A stretch of DNA of 64,000 nucleotides, from the NCBI RefSeq assembly GCF_006345805.1, contig NW_021832262.1:1-64000 (forward strand). Reading direction: 5' to 3'. Below are positions 14,929-25,725 of this stretch, in pieces. Source of the DNA: Octopus sinensis. Its lineage: Eukaryota. The notes under the pieces are model-generated. The model worked only from the letters and a program-made list of their open reading frames with translations. It made no database searches and was not told the DNA's origin. Positions within the stretch are counted from its first letter, which is position 1; each line of letters begins with the position of its first letter. The translations under genes were made by a program, and so were the position numbers.

Positions 14929-15467
14929 TTTGTCTTGACATTGGGTGGTTATTGTAAGTGAATGCCATTATTTCCAATATTCTGTGAAAACGTATCTCAC
15001 CATGGAGAAATATTACCTTGCTTGGAAACAGTTAAAGGCTGATGGCAGGAAGTGCATCCAGCTGTAGAGCATCTGCTTCAATAAACTCCATCAAACCCAT
15101 GCAGGCATAGAAAAGCGGATGTAAATAATGAGGACAAGATCGTAATTTCTTCACACACACACAAACACACACACACACCACACACACACACACTTTTTCA
15201 TTTGTCCATTCCTATAACTTCTCTTCCCTACTTTGCTAACATAGCAAAAACGAAATATCGACACACTTTATCAGCCATAAATCGTTTATTCAATACTTGT
15301 TGTTATACTTGTTGTTGCTCAATATTTGTTGTTGTTGTTCTCTTAATGGGCAGACCCCTATGATTAAAGACACTCCATCTACGACCAGTTAGTTGTGATT
15401 TTAGATTTTAGAGACATATGAAATGAAATAAAATAAAAACAGAACAGAGACAGTAAAAAAATGATTC

Positions 15468-16340
15468 CAGGAGTGGCCATGTGGTAAGTAGCTTGCTTAC
15501 GAACCACATGGTTCTGGGTTCAGTCCCACTGCGTGCCACCTTGGGTAAGTGTCTTCTACTATAGCCTTGGGCCGAGCAAAGCCTTGTGAGTGGATTTGGT
15601 AGACGGAAACTGAAAGAAGCCTGTCGTATATATGTATATATATATATGTATGTGTGTGTGTTTGTGTGTCTGTGTTTGTTCCCCTAGCATTGCTAGACAA
15701 CCGATGCTGGTGTGTTTACGTCCCCGTCACTTAGCGGTTCGGCAAAAAGAGACCGATAGAATAAGTACTGAGCTTACAAAAAGAATAAGTCCCGGGGTCG
15801 AGTTGCTCGACTAAAGGCGGTGCTCCAGCATGGCCGCAGTCAAATGACTGAAACAAGTAAAAGAGTAAAAGAGTAAAGAGAGACAGTAAAAAATGATTCC
15901 AGGAGTGGCCTTGTGGTAAGTAGCTTGCTTACCAACCACATGGTTCCGGGTTCAGTCCCACTGCGTGGCACCTTGGGTAAGTGTCTTCTACTATAGCCTC
16001 GAGCCGACCAAAGGCTTGTGAGTGGATTTGGAAGACAGAAACTGAAAGAAGCCCATCGTATATATGTATATATGTATATATGTATGCATGTATGTCTGTA
16101 TGTATGTGTGTGTGTATGTTTGTGTGTCTGTGTTTATCCCCCCAACATCGCTTGATAACCGATGCTGGTGTGTTTACATCCCCCATAACTTAGCGGTTCA
16201 GCAAAAGAGACCGATAGAATAAGTACTAGGCTTACAAAGAATAAGTCCTGGGGTCAATTTGGTCGACTAAAGGTGGTGCTCCAGCATGGCCACAGACAAA
16301 TGACTGAAACAAGTGAAAGAGTAAAAGAGTAAAAGAGTAA
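15468..16340 (+). mobile_element. Two tandem CORE-type SINEs sharing a 5' flank
   Basis: Both are preceded by agagacagtaaaaaa(a)tgattc; period about 433 bp. Confidence 0.9.
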
Positions 16341-16973
16341 CTATTCTATTTCTTGTAGGACACGGGACCACGTAAAAAACCCACCTGCTGCCTCTTTATT
16401 CAATGGTTCGTTAGTTAGGTCACACGCAGGTTGTCCTTGCCTCCACGTTTCTAAAGAAAACTCCGTAACTCTGCTGTAGATAACATTAACAATGTCTTTG
16501 GAATGGCTGCTAATGAATTTTCCCCTGTCTCTTCCATTTAAACGATGTTTTGCCGATTAAAAATAGACACGCAGTTGTTTAGTTTGATAACCATAACTTA
16601 CTATTAATAAAATCACCTGTAAAAATTGTTCCAGTAGTAAAAGTTATAAATAAATAAATGCTAACAGGCCTCGAGTTATGAGCAATGTGTATTATTTTTA
16701 TACATCCGGCATTTTGTCAAGAAGTCGATCAGGTAGCCAAATGGAAAACTGCCAATTGCTGTGTTTTTGTTGCTTCAGAACGAGGTACTGTGTGTTTTTT
16801 GTGCGCGTTGCTTACCTCAGAGCTGGAGAGATATTTAAGTTATACAATGCTACGTTTACGATCTAATAGCAACGTAATTATTACTTTACAACAAACACAA
16901 AATTTCAAACATTTACCTGAAAAAAAAAAACACCTTCATTGAAACCAGTTGTGTTTTAATTGTTCATTTACAG

Positions 16974-17708
16974 CAGTGCTTTTCAAACTTTTTGCTGGAG
17001 CGGAACCCCAAGGAAGCATTCCACTGGCTCGAGGAACCCCTGTGCAATAATTTAATAGTCTTAAGCACACATATCTGCACAGGAGAATTAAAAATTACTG
17101 CCTATTTTAGCAGTTTTGTCACTTCTTGCGGAACCCCTGGACTGTACTGTCGGAACCCTAAGGTTCCACAGAACCCTGGTTGAAAACCACTGAGTTAGAC
17201 ACAGTCAGTTAGACACTAGTTAGACCAGTGCTTTTCAATCTTTTTGCTGGAGCGGAACCCCAAGGAAACATTCCACTGGCTCGAGGAACCCCTGTGCAAT
17301 AATTTAATAGTCTTAAGCACACATATCTGCACAGGAGAATTAAAAATTACTGCCTATTTTAGCAGTTTTGTCACTTCTTGTGGAACCCCTGGACTGTACT
17401 GGCGGAACCCTAAGGTTCCGCAGAACCCTGGTTGAAAACCACTGTATTAATGTGTGTGTCTGTATGTCTTTGCATTGATTTAGATATAACAGTGCTTTTC
17501 AAATGTTTTGCTGGAGCGGAACCCCAAGGAAGGATTCCACTGGCTCGAGGAACCCCTGTGCAATAATTTAATAGTCTTAAGCACACATATCTGCACAGGA
17601 GAATTAAAAATTACTGCCTATTTAAGCAGTTTTGTCACTTCTTACGGAACCCCTGGACTGTACTGTCGGAACCCTAAGGTTCTGCGGAACACTGGTTGAA
17701 AACCACTG
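16974..17708 (+). mobile_element. Composite hAT MITE trimer (3 x 219 bp) with an 8-bp TSD ATTTACAG around the whole
   Basis: Units at 16974-17192, 17226-17444 and 17490-17708; TIRs CAGTGCTTTTCAA / TTGAAAACCACTG; repeated internal GGAACCC motifs; ATTTACAG at 16966-16973 and 17709-17716. Confidence 0.92.
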
Positions 17709-18301
17709 ATTTACAGTGTTAAGGTGTGTACCCTATAGAGTACATACCCTGCAGTGTCTATATGATGGCTGCCCCCTCGTTATCGAGTATGGCCATTGCA
17801 CGAAGCTTAACTGTTATTGGTGCTGTGATCGAATGTGACTTTTATTTGCTTTTTAAGGCTACAGCCAGCCATTCAGTTGAGACTCACAGCACCATCAACA
17901 ATCATGAACTATGTTGCTATTGTGCAATACCTGTGCAAGAAGATTTTTTTTTAAAGTGAGGAAAGGCTGTGCACTGAGTCAATCCCACTCACTAAGCAAC
18001 AGCAGCCATAATCCAAAAAGAAGAACAAGTCAACATCATCGGTAACCACTGAGCCGCAGGTTTTACGTCGGAGTTATCCCAGTTACCTGAGTTACGTTCA
18101 CCTAGAAGGATGCCCTAACTAAGGTTCATAATATATAATACTGCTCAAACTCTGCATGTTTAGCCTAACCTGAAATCTGATGGTTATTGTTGAATCATGT
18201 GGAGGAGAGGAGTTGAGTGAGGAATTGTTAACGGAGCCAAACCTTTTGGTAATGTGTCACGCCTTCTTGCACAATTCTGAATTATTTATTTGTTTGTTTG
18301 C

Positions 18302-18332
<31 letters not shown>

Positions 18333-18421
18333 TGTGTGTGTGTGTGTGTGTACATACACACAGGTATATACACACAGCTATTGCAAATATTAAAGTAATC
18401 CAATATATATTCATTACATAA

Positions 18422-18838
18422 GACAGTGAGCTGGCAGAAACGTTAGCACGCCGGGCAAAATGCTTAGCGGTATTTCGTATGCCGCTACGTTCTGAGTTCA
18501 AATTCCACCGAGGTCAACTTTGCCTTTCATCCTTTCGGGGTCGATTAAATAAGTACCAGTTACGCACTGGGGTCGATATAATTGACTTAATCTGTTTGTC
18601 TGTCCTTGTTTGTCCTCTCTGTGTTTAGCCCCTTGTGGATAGTAAAGAAATAAGTATTTCATCTGCCATTACGTTCTGAGTTCAAATTCCACCGAGGTCG
18701 ACTTTGCCTTTCATCCTTTCGGGGTCGATAAATTAAGTACCAGTTATGCACTGGTGTCGATGTAATCGATTTAATCCCTTTATCTGTCCTTGTTTGTCCC
18801 CTCTATGTTTAGCCCCTTGTGGGTAGTAAAGAAATAAG
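18422..18838 (+). mobile_element. Meta-type SINE dimer (headed unit plus head-less unit)
   Basis: 184-bp period; junction aaataagtatttc near 18653. Confidence 0.88.
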
Positions 18839-19102
18839 AATCATCAGAACACTGGGCAAAATGTTTAGAGGCATTTCGTCTGTCTTTACGTTCTGAGTTC
18901 AAATCCTGCTGAGGTCGACTTTGCCTTTTATCTTTTTGGGGTCAATAAAATATGTAGCAATTGAGCACTGGGGTTATTTACATCTACTTAACCTTTCTCC
19001 TGAACTTGTTGGTTTCGTGCCAAAATTTGAAACTAATATATATTCATCACGTCTATCTATAGACGTTAGCATTTTACGTTACACCATGCATGACACACTA
19101 AT

Positions 19103-19141
<39 letters not shown>

Positions 19142-19394
19142 ATATATATAGCATGCAGTCGCTCATATAGCATGCACTCACTTATATAACATACATACAC
19201 ATACATCAAAATACTTTCCCAACTATTTTTACCAAAACCTCACAGAATCAGGCAACATTGACGTAAACATAGTTATGTACTTTTCTAAAGGATTACTCTA
19301 CACTACCTTTCACAAGATTTGAAATCACAAACCTTCTGTTCTAATCAACAAACCAAAACATCAACTATGTTTATGGAAAGCATATAATAATAAT

Positions 19395-19650
19395 AATAAT
19401 AATAATAATGAAATTATTGTATACAGTGCTCAGGTGCACCACAACTTGTCAAAAAGTGCATATAAAGTATATGCAGTAATGTACAAATGTCTGGAAAGTG
19501 AACAATGTATGAGTCAGATACATGCTTGTGTGTGTATGGAGGGGAGAAAATCAGGTGTAGTGTTGGCGAATCTCAGGAAGCATGGAAGTTTTGAAGGATG
19601 CAGTGCCCTGACAACTAACAACTGATGCCGGCAGTCTGTTCCATGCTTCA
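19395..19650 (-). mobile_element. 3' end of a CR1-clade LINE
   Basis: Minus frame EAWNRLPASVVSCQGTASFKTSMLPEIRQHYT* matches the CR1 WNxLP...FK C-terminus, followed by a 3' UTR and (ATT)n. Confidence 0.75.
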
Positions 19651-19830
19651 GGTCACGGTCTCAAAGCAACAAAAATATTTTGACAAATTAAATTTAAATG
19701 TTGAAGTGAATCTAATGGTTTTTGTGTGTTTCTTAAATGGGTTATAAACACCTTCCACGCTGCAATTGTTTTCCTTTCAGCACACGACCTCAGATCAGGT
19801 CACTTGCCATGCGAGTACATCTCCGTAATT
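19651..19830. repeat. Dispersed repeat of unknown class, second copy at about 21182-21385
   Basis: About 110 bp near-identical between the two loci (gttttgtgtgtttcttaaatgg...gcgagtacatctccgtaat). Confidence 0.75.
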
Positions 19831-20319
19831 GCCAAATAGTTTCTATGCAAAATAAAAACGGATTCTCAAAATCATTTTATTTATTCATTTATTTCCTATT
19901 TTATATCGCTTAAAACCCCCCGAAACAAGATTATGTAAACACTACTTCAAACAATGAAATTTCTTATATTATCAAGTATTATTTGATATCCTCCTCTTTA
20001 CTAAAAGAAACCTTAACAATGATGGAGAGCTGTTATTTATAGCTGCAAAACTCCTCAGCAATTTCCAGACTCTCTTCATTACATTTTTTTTTTTTCCTTA
20101 CACTTACTCGAGACTAAGTTGTATCTGATGGTTTTGGAACTGAGCCTGTTCTTAAACACATGCCATTCTTAGTGAGAATCTTCAAGAGAAATTATATTGC
20201 TCCTGCGTTTATTCCATCTTTTAATGTTTCCAATATTTTCCGCAAAATCTACTTGTTAAATTTCATTTTATTTATTTGCTTCAAAAATGTATTTTGATCT
20301 TAGAAAACAATAATCTTTA

Positions 20320-20390
20320 TTCTGTTTTCTCTTTTTCTCTTCTCTTTTTCTAGGTAAGTGGAAGGTTTATCTGCACCAAAGTCGGTAAGA
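20320..20390 (+). other. Strong 3' splice site fused to a consensus 5' splice site (TAG|GTAAGT): recursive-splice candidate or 31-nt exon (20354-20384)
   Basis: About 30-nt pyrimidine tract, AG at 20352-53, GTAAGT at 20354-59, second donor TCG|GTAAGA at 20385. Confidence 0.5.
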
Positions 20391-20544
20391 CCAGAATCGG
20401 AATGTTTTCTTGGAAATTCACTTACTGTAACAAGATATGACTCTGTGTGTGTATGTTCGTCTGTGTGTGCGTGTGTGTGTGTGTGTCTGTGTGTGTAAAA
20501 AAACCTTAGAGTGTTTATTTTAATTTTCCTCTCACACCGTCTCC

Positions 20545-20830
20545 GGTTTCGGGTTCAGTCCCACTGCATGGCACCTTGGGCAAGTGTCTTCTACTATAGC
20601 CTCGGGCTGACCAAATCCTTGTGAGTGGATTTGGTAGACGGAAACTGAAAGAAGCCTGTCGTATATATGTATATATGTGTACACACATATATATATGTAT
20701 GTGTGTGTATATGTTTGTGTGTCTGTGTTTGTACCCCCAACATCGCTTGACAACCGATGCTGGTGTGTTTATGTCCCAGTAACTTAGCGGTTTGGCAAAA
20801 GAGGCTAATAGAATAAGCACTAGGCTTAGA
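20545..20830 (+). mobile_element. CORE-type SINE, truncated at both ends
   Basis: Matches the consensus. Confidence 0.85.
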
Positions 20831-21028
20831 AATTAATATCCTAGAAACAGCTGTAAGACCTGTCTATAAATGCTCTAATATCAATACAGCCTTGGTTTTT
20901 TATCGTATTATGCAAAAAATTCTTATATACACACGCTGACATAGAACCAATGTTGAACCCTTTATTCGCAATATTACCGAATCTGGAATTTAACTATGGT
21001 CTGTCTATAGCACTTATTCAGCATTACC

Positions 21029-21149
21029 TGACACCTTTGGGTCTCAATGACACCTTTGGGTCTCAATGACACCTTTGGGTCTCAATGACACCTTTGGGTC
21101 TCAATGACACCTTTGGGTCTCAATGACACCTTTGGGTCTCAATGACACC
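21029..21149. repeat. Perfect 19-bp minisatellite (TGACACCTTTGGGTCTCAA) x 6.4
   Basis: Direct reading; no mismatches between units. Confidence 0.97.
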
Positions 21150-21901
21150 ATTATCTCTTATAACCTCAACATTATTTATTTTGCAGCGTGGAAGGTGTTT
21201 ATAAGCCATTTAAGAAACACACAAAACCATTAGATTCACTTCAACATATAAATTTAATTTGTCAAAATCTAACAGTTTTGTGTGTTTCTTAAATGGCTTA
21301 TAAACACCTTCCACACTGCAATTGTTTTCGTTCCAGCACACGATCTCAGATCAAGTCATTCGCTATGCGAGTACATCTCCGTAATTATTTATTTTACTTC
21401 ATAAATTAGGACAGGAAAAACAGTGACCCTGGCTTTTTGCAGCTTCCTTTCCCAGTTTTGTGAGAAAGATACCCAGGCAAACTGAACATCTAGTCAAATA
21501 GATGTAACAGATGTCCTCTTTAACTGAACATCTGGTCACAGAGATTAAGAGCAGATACCCAATCCAACTGAACGAAGGACCAAGTGACAATATTAATCCT
21601 TTAGCACTTAAACCACCCATATCTATCCCAAATATTCCACCTGTTTTATGTCCAAACTGGTCAGATTTGACCTCTCACACCCACCCTACAATATCATTCT
21701 ATACATGATTAATTCAAAGCAATAAATAAGCATAACATTTGACAGAGTAATCTGAATACTGAAGTGTGCTGTGTTGCGTCTATCATCCTTTGTACCAGAT
21801 TCCTAACCGTGTTGACTTTGTCGTGGAATAATAAAATATTTCCAGTGTTTCAGAGAAGTTAGTTAAAACTAATTATGTCATCAAAATTAAACATTTTTGT
21901 C

Positions 21902-22530
21902 ATAGGCATAGGAGTGGCTGTGTGGTAAGTAGCTTGCTTACAAACCACATTGTTATGTGTTGGGCTGCTGATGGGATAGACAACCAAATGAAAACCATTG
22001 TTATTGTTACGTGTTTATTTCTTATTCATGTTACACGGACCCAACATTCAGCGTAGTCATACATTATATACTTTGCACACAGTTTGTACTGTTCACTAAC
22101 AAAATAGTGCCAAGAGTGGGGATGTAGTTTGGCATACACAAACACATGTGTAACACACATGGTTCCGAGTTCAGTCCCACTGTATGGCACCTTGGGCAAG
22201 TGTCTTCTACTATAGCCTCGGGCTGACCAAAGCCTTGTGAGTGGATTTGGTAGACGGAAACTGAAAGAAGCCCATCATATATATGTATATATGTGTGCAC
22301 ACATATATATATGTATGTGTGTGTATATGTTTGTGTGTCTGTGTCGTCTCCCACCAACATCGCTTGACAACCGATGCTGGTGTGTTTATGTCCCAGTAAC
22401 TTAGGGTTCGGCAAAAGAGGCCAATAGAATAAGTACTAGGCTTACAAAGAATAAGTCCTGGGGTCAATTTGCTTGACTAAAGGTGGTGCTCCAGCATGGC
22501 CACAGTTCAGTGACTGAAACAAATGAAGAA
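21902..22530 (+). mobile_element. CORE-type SINE interrupted by a 205-bp insertion
   Basis: The head stops at accacat (21950) and resumes at ggttccg (22161). Confidence 0.88.
21951..22155. mobile_element. Solo-LTR-like insertion (BEL/Pao-like termini)
   Basis: TGTTA...TAACA termini; 5-bp TSD CACAT at 21946-50 and 22156-60. Confidence 0.7.
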
Positions 22531-22577
22531 AAAATATATATAAAAAAAAATGGAAAACAGTAAGAAGTGTAACAAGT

Positions 22578-23003
22578 TAGGCGCAGGAATGGCTGTGTGT
22601 TAAGTAGCTTGCTTACCAACCACATGGTTCCGGGTTCAGTCCCACTGCGTGGCACCTTGGGCAAGTGTTTTCTACTATAGCCTCAGGCCGACCAAAGCCT
22701 TGTGAGTGGATTTGGTAGACGGAAACTGAAAGAAGCCCGTTGTATATATGTATATATATATATATATGTATGTGTGTGTATATGTTTGTGTGTCTGTGTC
22801 GTCTCCCAACATCGCTTGACAACCGATGCTTGTGTGTTTACGTCCCTGTAACTTAGCGGTTCGGCAAAAGAGAAGACCGATAGAATAAGTACTAGGCTTA
22901 CAAAGAATAAGTCCTGGGGTCGATTTGCTCGACTAAAGATAGTGCTCCAGCATGGCCGCAGTCAAATGACTGAAACAAGTAAAAGAGTAAAAGAGTAAAG
23001 AGT
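22578..23003 (+). mobile_element. CORE-type SINE, full length
   Basis: Matches the consensus. Confidence 0.92.
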
Positions 23004-23658
23004 AAGTTAATTTTGAAGTTAATTCTTGTATTTCTGTGAGAAACAACAAGGTTTGACAGAATCGCCGTTCTTGTAATAAAGAACTGTTTGCCAGGATAAT
23101 AAAAATATTGCTAAAAATGTTCTGATAACTTCATATTGGAGTTAAGAGAGTAAGAAAAATATTGCGTTTGTTTTTATCAAAGAATAATATTAGTTTAGGG
23201 TGTTCTGTCTGTGTGTCTTGTTCCTTATAAATTTCTGCCGTCAGTCGTTCTTGATACGATGTGAAGGTCTGTGGAATCAGAGCCGATTGCTTATATAAAG
23301 TAAGTTCTTGTTTACATACATCGTTGTGTGACAGATAGCAAGAAAGACTTTGGTTGTTGACTCTTCTCATCCACAATGGAACCGCTGCCCCCCCCCCGCC
23401 AGCCATTATCTTCGTCATCATTGCACACACATGCACACACACAGACACACTTGTACATGCAGACACACACACACACACACAGACACACTTGTACACGCAG
23501 ACACATACACACACACACACACATACACACATTGTTTTCTTATTTTGTGTCTTTTTTTTAATCTTATTTCATGTCATTTTGATTGAAGTGTGAGCATTAA
23601 TTAATTTTAATGCAATAATTAACTTGTAATTTATATTAGACATTATAAGCATTAATTT

Positions 23659-23772
23659 GAGACGGCAAAGAGCAGCAACCGAACATTGTTGTCATTTCCC
23701 CGCCTCGTCTACCGCCAGACAAGGGTTGGCAGTAGGAGGTGCTGAAGTCTGTTGCTTTTTGCCGCCTGTCTC
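23659..23772. other. GC-rich imperfect inverted repeat, possible structured RNA element
   Basis: 14-bp stem (23664-77 with 23750-63, including G-U pairs), 5-bp closing stem GAGAC/GTCTC, and an inner hairpin at 23703-23739. Confidence 0.45.
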
Positions 23773-24077
23773 CAGTCGGTGCTTGTAATGTCTAAACAGA
23801 AATTACGTTAAAAATATTAACCGCTAATTCATAATTTGTAATATGTTTTGATTTAATTATGAAATTAAATTCAGCAAATGAGAAACCCCTTAATTCTGAC
23901 ATGACAAGAGTGCTTCTCCATGGTAGCTTGACCTACTAAAAATAGAAGCTAAATACCACCCCGGTTGTGCCCTGCCATCAATGGACACATTAGACAATGT
24001 AGTCCTTGATAGACATATGTGATCATTAGTCTTCAATTCAATGACAACTGAACCAAAAATATACAGCAACAATGAGT

Positions 24078-24250
24078 GGAGGCGCAGTGGCCCAGTGGTT
24101 AGGGCAGCGGACTCGCGGTCATAAGAACGCGGTTTCGATTCCCAGACCGGGCATTGTGAGTGTTTATTGAACAAAAATACCTAAGCTCCACGAGGCTCCG
24201 GTGAACCCTGCAGTACTCTTTCACCACAACTTTCTCTCAATCTTTCTTCC
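24078..24250 (+). mobile_element. tRNA-Arg-headed SINE (OR-type), 3'-truncated
   Basis: A box TGGCCCAGTGG, TCG anticodon remnant, B box GTTTCGATTCC; same family as 29910-30296. Confidence 0.8.
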
Positions 24251-24544
24251 TACATCTGCCACAAAGAAGAGGAACCATGGTGTAACCCACTATGGTGTGG
24301 TAAACTTTCAGACCCTAGTCTAGATTGTGAATCCTCTGTACCCCAGGATGGTTCAGCTCTCCACCTGTTAAAAGCCACCGTTTATGGAATGAGGATAACA
24401 ACATAGCTTTCGCGCCTGTGCAACCACCAGTCTATGGCGTGTGGTGGGTGGATCTTCAAGTTGCCACACGCATTCTTAGTAGCTTAGAGTAGGCTCGAAT
24501 TAGAGATTATTCTTTGTGGCTGATGGCGTGAGTCCTGATTGGAA

Positions 24545-24800
24545 GAAGAAGGAGGAGGAGGAGGAGAAAAGGAAGAGGAAGAGAAGAAGAAGAGGAAGGG
24601 GAGAAGAAGAAGGAGAGGAAGGAGAGGAGAAGGGGGAGGGGAAGGTGGAGAAGAAGGAGGAGAGGAGGAGGAGAAGAGGAAGGGGGAGGGGGAACAGGAG
24701 AAGAGGAAGAGGAAGAGGAAGGGGGAACTGGAGGAGGAGGAGGAGAAAAGGAAGGGGAAGAAGAAGAAGAAGAAGAAGAGGGAGGAGGAGGGGGAGCAAC
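24545..24800. repeat. Polypurine (GGA/GAA) low-complexity tract
   Basis: Direct reading. Confidence 0.9.
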
Positions 24801-25205
24801 AGCAATGACAATAACCATTCTGGTTCTGGTTCTGGTTCTGGTTTTATTGATTTCAGAAAAAAAATTTTGTTGCTTTTTGCAACAAATAAGGGTTTCTAAT
24901 ATTATATTCAGCAAAGCAAAACATTTTTCTCTGTTTTAAAGCTTATTCTGCTGCGATGATAAACTCTGTTATTATCAACAAAAGTTTTATTGCTTTACAT
25001 TTTGATACAAGATTAAGTTGAATTATGAAAATAACAGCAAAGATAAACAACAGCACCAGAATCTTATATGTTGAGATAAACTTTTGCTTCAGTTACATCT
25101 ACACACACACACACACATACACACACACACATATACACACACTCACACACACACACACTCACACACACACACACACACACGCACACACACACATATACAC
25201 ACACT

Positions 25206-25237
<32 letters not shown>

Positions 25238-25351
25238 CAATCGGGCTAATTTTATTTGCTTCTTTGACCTAAATCCCCAAATATATAAACCCTTTCCCTT
25301 GCTTTCTTTGTAGACCAAACAGTTGGGCTGGAGAAAGACTCAATATTATTG

Positions 25352-25412
<61 letters not shown>

Positions 25413-25683
25413 TTTTTTTTTTTAAGTTAAATTTTTTTTAAAAAATGTTGCTGCTCATGTATTTTAATTTAACTTAAAAAAAAAAAAAATTTTTTTTAAA
25501 TGAACGAACTATTGAGTTTGGTTTAATGGCCTACCAATGTATACTATGAGTTTCTTTGCCCTAGGAGTCGGGAAGACACTCGGCAAGAAATGGAAGCAAA
25601 TTTGAAAGAAGAAAAAAAAAATGTAATAATAATAATAATAAATAATAATAATAATAATAATGATAATAAGGATAATAATAATG

Positions 25684-25724
<41 letters not shown>

Positions 25725-25725
25725 T

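Noticed and set aside
16974-17708. Repeat-spacer array resembling CRISPR, and three 63-aa ORFs (MLERNPKE...)
   Set aside because: Eukaryotic context, 219-bp repeats with TIRs and 8-bp TSDs, and no cas genes: these are hAT MITEs, and the ORFs are incidental.
24078-24155. tRNA-Arg gene (also about 30220-30296 on the minus strand)
   Set aside because: A and B boxes are present but the acceptor stem is not intact and the sequence continues into a SINE body, so it is a SINE head.
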